A DNA stretch of 40,218 nt from NCBI RefSeq assembly GCF_004010195.1, contig NC_057718.1, forward strand, positions 85,941,534 to 85,981,751, written 5' to 3'. Below are positions 35,711 through 40,218 of the stretch, one piece after another. The stretch is from Chiloscyllium plagiosum (lineage: Eukaryota). The notes below the pieces were generated by a model. That model was not told the origin of the DNA. It did no database searches and saw only the letters and a program-made list of their open reading frames with translations. Both the position numbers and the translations under genes were made by a program. Position 1 is the first letter of the stretch; each line of letters starts with the position of its first letter.

Positions 35711-36508
35711 TCTGGGCACGCGGGAGGAAAAACAGCCTTTATGAAACTCGATCCTGACCATGGAGAACAGTGTCTCTTCCCTTGACTATACTATCCCTGA
35801 TTACAACTACTTTTCTATTTTCTCCCTCTACTGAATAGCTCTCTGTACCACAACACTATGGTCAGTTTGCTCATCCTCCCTCCATCCCCCACTCTCATCT
35901 ACACAGGGAGCAAGGATCCCAAACTTGTTAGACAAGCCTAAGGGCTGAAGCTTCTTCAGCACTACCACCTGGATCCCTCCTACCTCACATGTAGGCACAC
36001 CTTCCTGTCCCTGACCACTGACTGGATTTGAGTTAGTCAACCTAAGGGGTGTGACTGCCTCCTGAAACACAGCATCCAGGTAACTCTCCCTCTCTCTGAT
36101 GTGTTGTGATATTCAAACCTCAGACTCCACCTTTGAGCCAGAGTTCAAGCAAGTCATACTTCCGACAGATGTGGTCATTATGAACCACAATGTGATCCAC
36201 CAGTTTCCACATCATTCAGTTACCGCACATTGCTTGGCCAAGCACCTCTACTTTATTTACTTCGTTCTCAACTGACTTTTAAAAATTTTGTTCCAATCTT
36301 ATAGTTTATAACTTATAAATTATTCCCCCATTTACCTTCAAACTGAAAGTAACCTGTAATAGATAGGCAAATTAATAGCTATCATCAACCAATAAAACCT
36401 TAAAAATTATGAGCCATAAAAAGCAAGAATAAAGCGCTTTGTTCCCCTCTGCACTGAAATCTCACATTTCCTCCAAATTCCCTGAACTATATATTCTGTT
36501 AAGCTATG

Positions 36509-36718
36509 ATCTAGATTAGAGTGGAGCTGGAAATGCACAGCAGGTCAGGCAGCATCCGAGGAGCAGGAATATTGATGGTTCTGAATTCCTGATGAAGGGC
36601 TCCTGCCCGAAACGTTGATTTTCCTGCTCCATAGATGCTGCCAGACCTGCTGTGCTTTTCCAACACCACTCTAATCTAGACTCTGATCTCCAGCATCTGC
36701 AGTCCTCACTTTCGCCTT
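36509..36718 (+). mobile_element. Penelope-derived hairpin element with ~70-bp inverted arms
   Basis: Arms at ~36510-36577 and 36615-36681; imperfect TSD GTTAAGCTATG vs GTTCAGGCTATG. Confidence 0.85.
36583..36623 (+). ncRNA. Minimal type I hammerhead ribozyme motif with intact core
   Basis: CTGATGA-A-GGGC-TCCT-GCCC-GAAAC-GTT; stem II perfect, palindromic ACGT stem III, stem I weak. Confidence 0.65.
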
Positions 36719-37544
36719 CGTTCAGGCTATGTCTCACTCTGGGTGTGATCTCTCCCTCCTGACCATGCTAGGTTTACTTTGGGTGTTCAGCCTGCAGGGA
36801 CTTTCATTGCCTACAGTAATTTTAATGTTAAGGCTTGTTTATCTGGTTCGGCAATATTGAGGTGCAGAAAAGAGAGTTTGATATGTTGTCAGTTTAAATA
36901 CATTTAGATTGCAGATTTCTTGCCTTCCAAATATGTGTTGGAAATGTTGTCATTCTTGGCAACCTTTTCCAGAATCTTCAATGCTAGCTGGAGTGTTTAA
37001 CAGCCATTCAGATTTCTTCCAGTTCACTTAGTTAGCTTGATTAACTGAATTTGCTTTGTTAACCATGCTCTGAGATGTACTACGTTTAGTGGCCACTACT
37101 TTAGCTTTTTATAGATTTACTGCTTGGTTGCAATGGTGGTGCAGTTGAATACTTTTTCATCTTTCTTCATGTGGCTGTAAGTTGTGTGAACAAATCAATC
37201 ATTTTAGATGGGAAAATTGCTGTCAGATTTCTAAACTGAAAGCAAACAATTTTTTTAAAAAATGGTTGCTTTACTGTTTGTTCTGACTGTTACTGGCTGA
37301 TTTGTGGACTAATCTGTACAATTTTAACTTCCCCTCACCTCCTGAATGGGCAGCAAAATAAAAGCTTGTGGCTTTTCTTATAGCACCAATACTGTTTAAT
37401 CTCTGTACCAGATTGAATCAATCTTACAGGGATCCAATGTCTGCTGGCTGGAGCAAAGTGCAATCCCAGAATTAAGTCTTCATGTGTAGAATTCCAACAA
37501 AGCTGCAGAATCCTTGCACACAGTGAGGCTCACAGTTACAGAGA

Positions 37545-37692
37545 TCATAGAATCATAGCATCCCTACAGTGTGGAAACAGGCCATTTGACCCAACAAGCC
37601 CACACCTACTCTCTGAAGGGTAAGTCACCCAGAACCAATTCCCTACCCTATTACTCTACATTTCCCCTGACTAATGCACCTAACTTACACGT
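37545..37692 (-). mobile_element. HE1-type SINE 3' fragment
   Basis: ATCATAGAATCATAG tail plus CAGTGTGGAAACAGGCC. Confidence 0.85.
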
Positions 37693-38640
37693 AGGGGTGA
37701 CACAGTGGCTCAGCGGTTAGCATTACTGCCTCACAGCGCCAGGGACCCGGGTTCAAATCCTGCCTCGGGCGACTGTCTGTGTGAAGTTTGCGCATTCTCC
37801 CTGAGTCTGTGTGGGTTTCTGTCAGATGCTCTGGTTTCCACCCACAAAGATATGCATGTTAGATAAATTGTCCATAGTTAGATAAATTGCTAAGTTGTCC
37901 ATAGTGCTCAGGGAAGTGTATATTCGGTGCATTAGTCAGGCGTTAAAAATCAGGGAATGGGTGTGGGTTGGATATTCTTTGGAAAGTCAGTGTGGACTTA
38001 TTGAATTGAAGGGCCTGTTTCCACACTGTGGAGATCCTATAATCAATCAACCCTGGCCAGCTCCTCCCTCATGTTTTTATAGTTACCCTTACTCAATTGG
38101 AATACTGTTACATCTGATACCAGCGTCTCCCTGTCAAACTGCAGGGTGAGTTCTATCATTTTATGGTCACTGTTCCCAAGGGGTTCCTCCACCTGAAGCT
38201 CCCTAATCAAGTCTGCCTCATTACATATCACCAAATCCAGAATTGGCAGCATCTGTGAAGAGAAATCAGAGTTAATGTTTCAGGTCCAGTGCCCCACTCT
38301 GATTTCTCTTCACAGATGCTGTCAGACCTGCTGTACTTTTCCAGCAGCTTCTGTTTTTGTTTCTGATTCACAGCATCCGCAGTTCCTTTGGTTTTTATAC
38401 AACAAACCCAGAATTGCCTGTTTTCCAATTGGCTGTACCAGAAACTGCTCCGGTTTCCTCCCACAATCCAAAGATGTGCACGTCAGGTCAATTGACTATG
38501 CTAAATTGCCCACAGTGTAAGGTACATTAGTCAGGGGTAAATATAAGGTAGGGGAATGGGTCTGGGTTGGTTATTCTTTGGAGGGTGGGTGTGAACTTGT
38601 GGGGCTAAATGGCCTATTTCAATACTGTAGGGAATCTAAT
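37693..38640 (+). mobile_element. HE1-type V-SINE split by a templated ~620-bp insert
   Basis: Head at 37693-37825; the SINE resumes at 38452 (GGTTTCCTCCCACAATCCAAAG) and runs to the tail at 38640. Confidence 0.88.
37823..38451 (+). repeat. Direct copy of 8652-9261 (SINE tail + CR1 + hairpin insert with both TSDs)
   Basis: Shared private junctions and near-identical ORF translations (8859-9107 vs 38043-38252; 9038-9238 vs 38228-38464). Confidence 0.93.
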
Positions 38641-38811
38641 CTTGAAAAGTATCCCTGAACACTATGGGCAATTTAGCATGGCCAATTCACCCAACCTGCA
38701 CATCTTTGGACTGTGGGAGGAAACCCACGCAGTCACCAGGAAAATGTGCAAATTCCACACAAGTGTACAGCACAGAAATAGATCCTTTGGTCCAAATTGT
38801 CCCTGCCGATC

Positions 38812-39125
38812 AGGGTTGGGGAATTGAGGACTAGAGGGTATAGGTTTAACGTTAGAGGGGAAAGAAATAAAGGGAACCTGAGGGGCAACTTTTTCACACA
38901 GAGTGTAGTACACATATGGAATGCGCTACAAGAGGAAGCGATTGAGACAGGTACATTAACAACATTAAAAAGATATTCGGACAAAAACATGGATATAGGA
39001 AAGGGTTAGAAGGATATGAGCCAAGCGCAGGGAAATGCGGTTAGAGTGGATAGAAATTTTGGTTGGGATGGACCAGTTTGGGCCAAAGGGTCTGTCTCTG
39101 TACTGTACGACTCTATGACTCTATG
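38812..39125 (+). mobile_element. CR1 3' fragment, preceded by minus-strand SINE (38650-38762) and CR1 tail (38763-38811) pieces
   Basis: ELRTRGYRFNVRGE...RGNFFTQSVVHIWNAL; (ACTCTATG)n tail. Confidence 0.9.
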
Positions 39126-39435
39126 ACCAGATATCCTAAATTAATCTAGTCCCATTTACCAGCAGTTGGCCCATATCCCACTAAACCCTTCCTTTTCATA
39201 TACCCATCCAGATGCCTTTTAGATGTTGGAATTGTACCAGTCTCCACCACTTCCTCTGCAGCTCATTCCAGATATGCACCACCCTCTGTGTGAAAATGTT
39301 GCCCCTTAGGTCCTTTTTAAGTCTTTCCCCTCTCACCCTAACCCATGCCCTCTAATTCTGGACTTCTCCCACCCTAGGAAAATACCTTGTCAACTTACCA
39401 TATCCATGCCCTTCATGATTTTATGAACCTCTATA
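39126..39435 (-). mobile_element. CR1 3' fragment, tail-to-tail with the previous copy
   Basis: Reverse complement of 1815-2120. Confidence 0.9.
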
Positions 39436-39959
39436 AACCCCTTGATGAATGCTGTTGGATGAGAAGGAGTTGAGTCTTCTATACCATGGAATCAAACCAT
39501 GCTGGCACTAGCTGCCAACACATATTGAAACCTGTACTTAAAAAAATATCAAAAATCTTCAGAAACCACAAGTTGCCAACATGTTACATTCTTCTCTTGG
39601 ACATAATCACATGCAAAAATTCGTGAAACAATTAAGTGGATTATTTCTTTCAAGATAAAGCTATTCATTGACCACGTAAAATGAAAACAAACTGCCCAAG
39701 CCTGTTTTGAAGAAGGGTCGCTGGACTTGAAATGTTGACACAGATAATGTAAACGGAGAGCTTAATGTATGGCATATCCACTGCTATAAGATTCAGAATT
39801 ATTGACAAGTATTTGGACTAATATGTCATTTTCTGAGAGGAATTGTGCTTGACAAGTAGTTTAAGACAGTTCCTATCATCACCATATCATATCAACATCC
39901 AAGAATTCTGGGTGAGGGTCATGGATGAGTCACTTTCCCCAGAAGGGAATTGCGTTCTT

Positions 39960-40092
39960 GTGAAGAAGGCGTTTGGTATGCTTTCCTTTATTGGTCAGAG
40001 GGTTGAGTATAGCAGTTCAGAGGTCATGTTGCGACTGTACAGGACATTGGTTAGGCCACTTTTGAAATATTGTGTGCAATTCTGGTCTCCCT
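39960..40092 (+). mobile_element. CR1 ORF2 internal fragment
   Basis: VKKAFGMLSFIGQ...LYRTLVRPLLKYCVQFWSP. Confidence 0.88.
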
Positions 40093-40218
40093 TCATAGAG
40101 TCACAGAGATGTACAGCATGGAAACAGACCCTTCGGTCCAACCCATCTATGCCAACCAGATATCCCAACCCAATCTAGTCCCACCTGCCAGCACTCGGCC
40201 CATATCCCTCCAAACCCT
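40093..40218 (-). mobile_element. CR1 3' end, continuing off the window
   Basis: CATAGAGTCACAGAGATGTACAGCATGGAAACAGAC is the reverse complement of 2058-2175. Confidence 0.92.

Larger units (their letters stand above)
33580..36400 (-). mobile_element. 5' half of a CR1 LINE: 5' UTR, ORF1 (SGNH esterase) and endonuclease; RT missing; interrupted by a solo LTR and a SINE
   Basis: ORF1 peptides VVVQIGTNDI...KVRISGLLP and LSNKFGILA; endonuclease peptides VESVWAELRN...VYRPPSS and GGSDHNKIEF. Homologous to 8480-9900. Confidence 0.9.

Noticed and set aside
39707..39739. Hammerhead-like TTGAAGAAGGGTCGCTGGACTTGAAATG
   Set aside because: The core is mutated at several positions and the context is only a tiny Penelope remnant.

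Overview
Repeat-dominated vertebrate genomic DNA, almost certainly from a shark. The basis is many HE1-type tRNA-derived V-SINEs, CR1/HER1-type LINEs, DeuSINE (SacSINE1-like) relics and Penelope-like elements; a carpet/bamboo-shark lineage is plausible but is inference only. The window has three N gaps and no intact protein-coding gene. Every recognisable ORF in the track is a decayed transposon fragment: CR1 ORF1 esterase, CR1 endonuclease and RT, Rex1 RT tail, Penelope RT and GIY-YIG, and Harbinger transposase. Items missed by the ORF track: (1) a frameshifted, intronless CLIP1/CLIP-170-like pseudogene (~12.36-14.1 kb); (2) a ~610-bp composite segment copied from 8.65-9.26 kb into the middle of a SINE 29 kb away, with a microhomology junction; (3) several short hairpin-shaped, TSD-flanked Penelope-derived inserts carrying hammerhead-ribozyme cores; (4) a clean solo LTR with a 4-bp TSD; (5) one candidate 36-nt host microexon. 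I found no convincing evidence of a wholly new biological system. All family names come from recalled consensus and protein motifs, not from database searches, and element boundaries are approximate.
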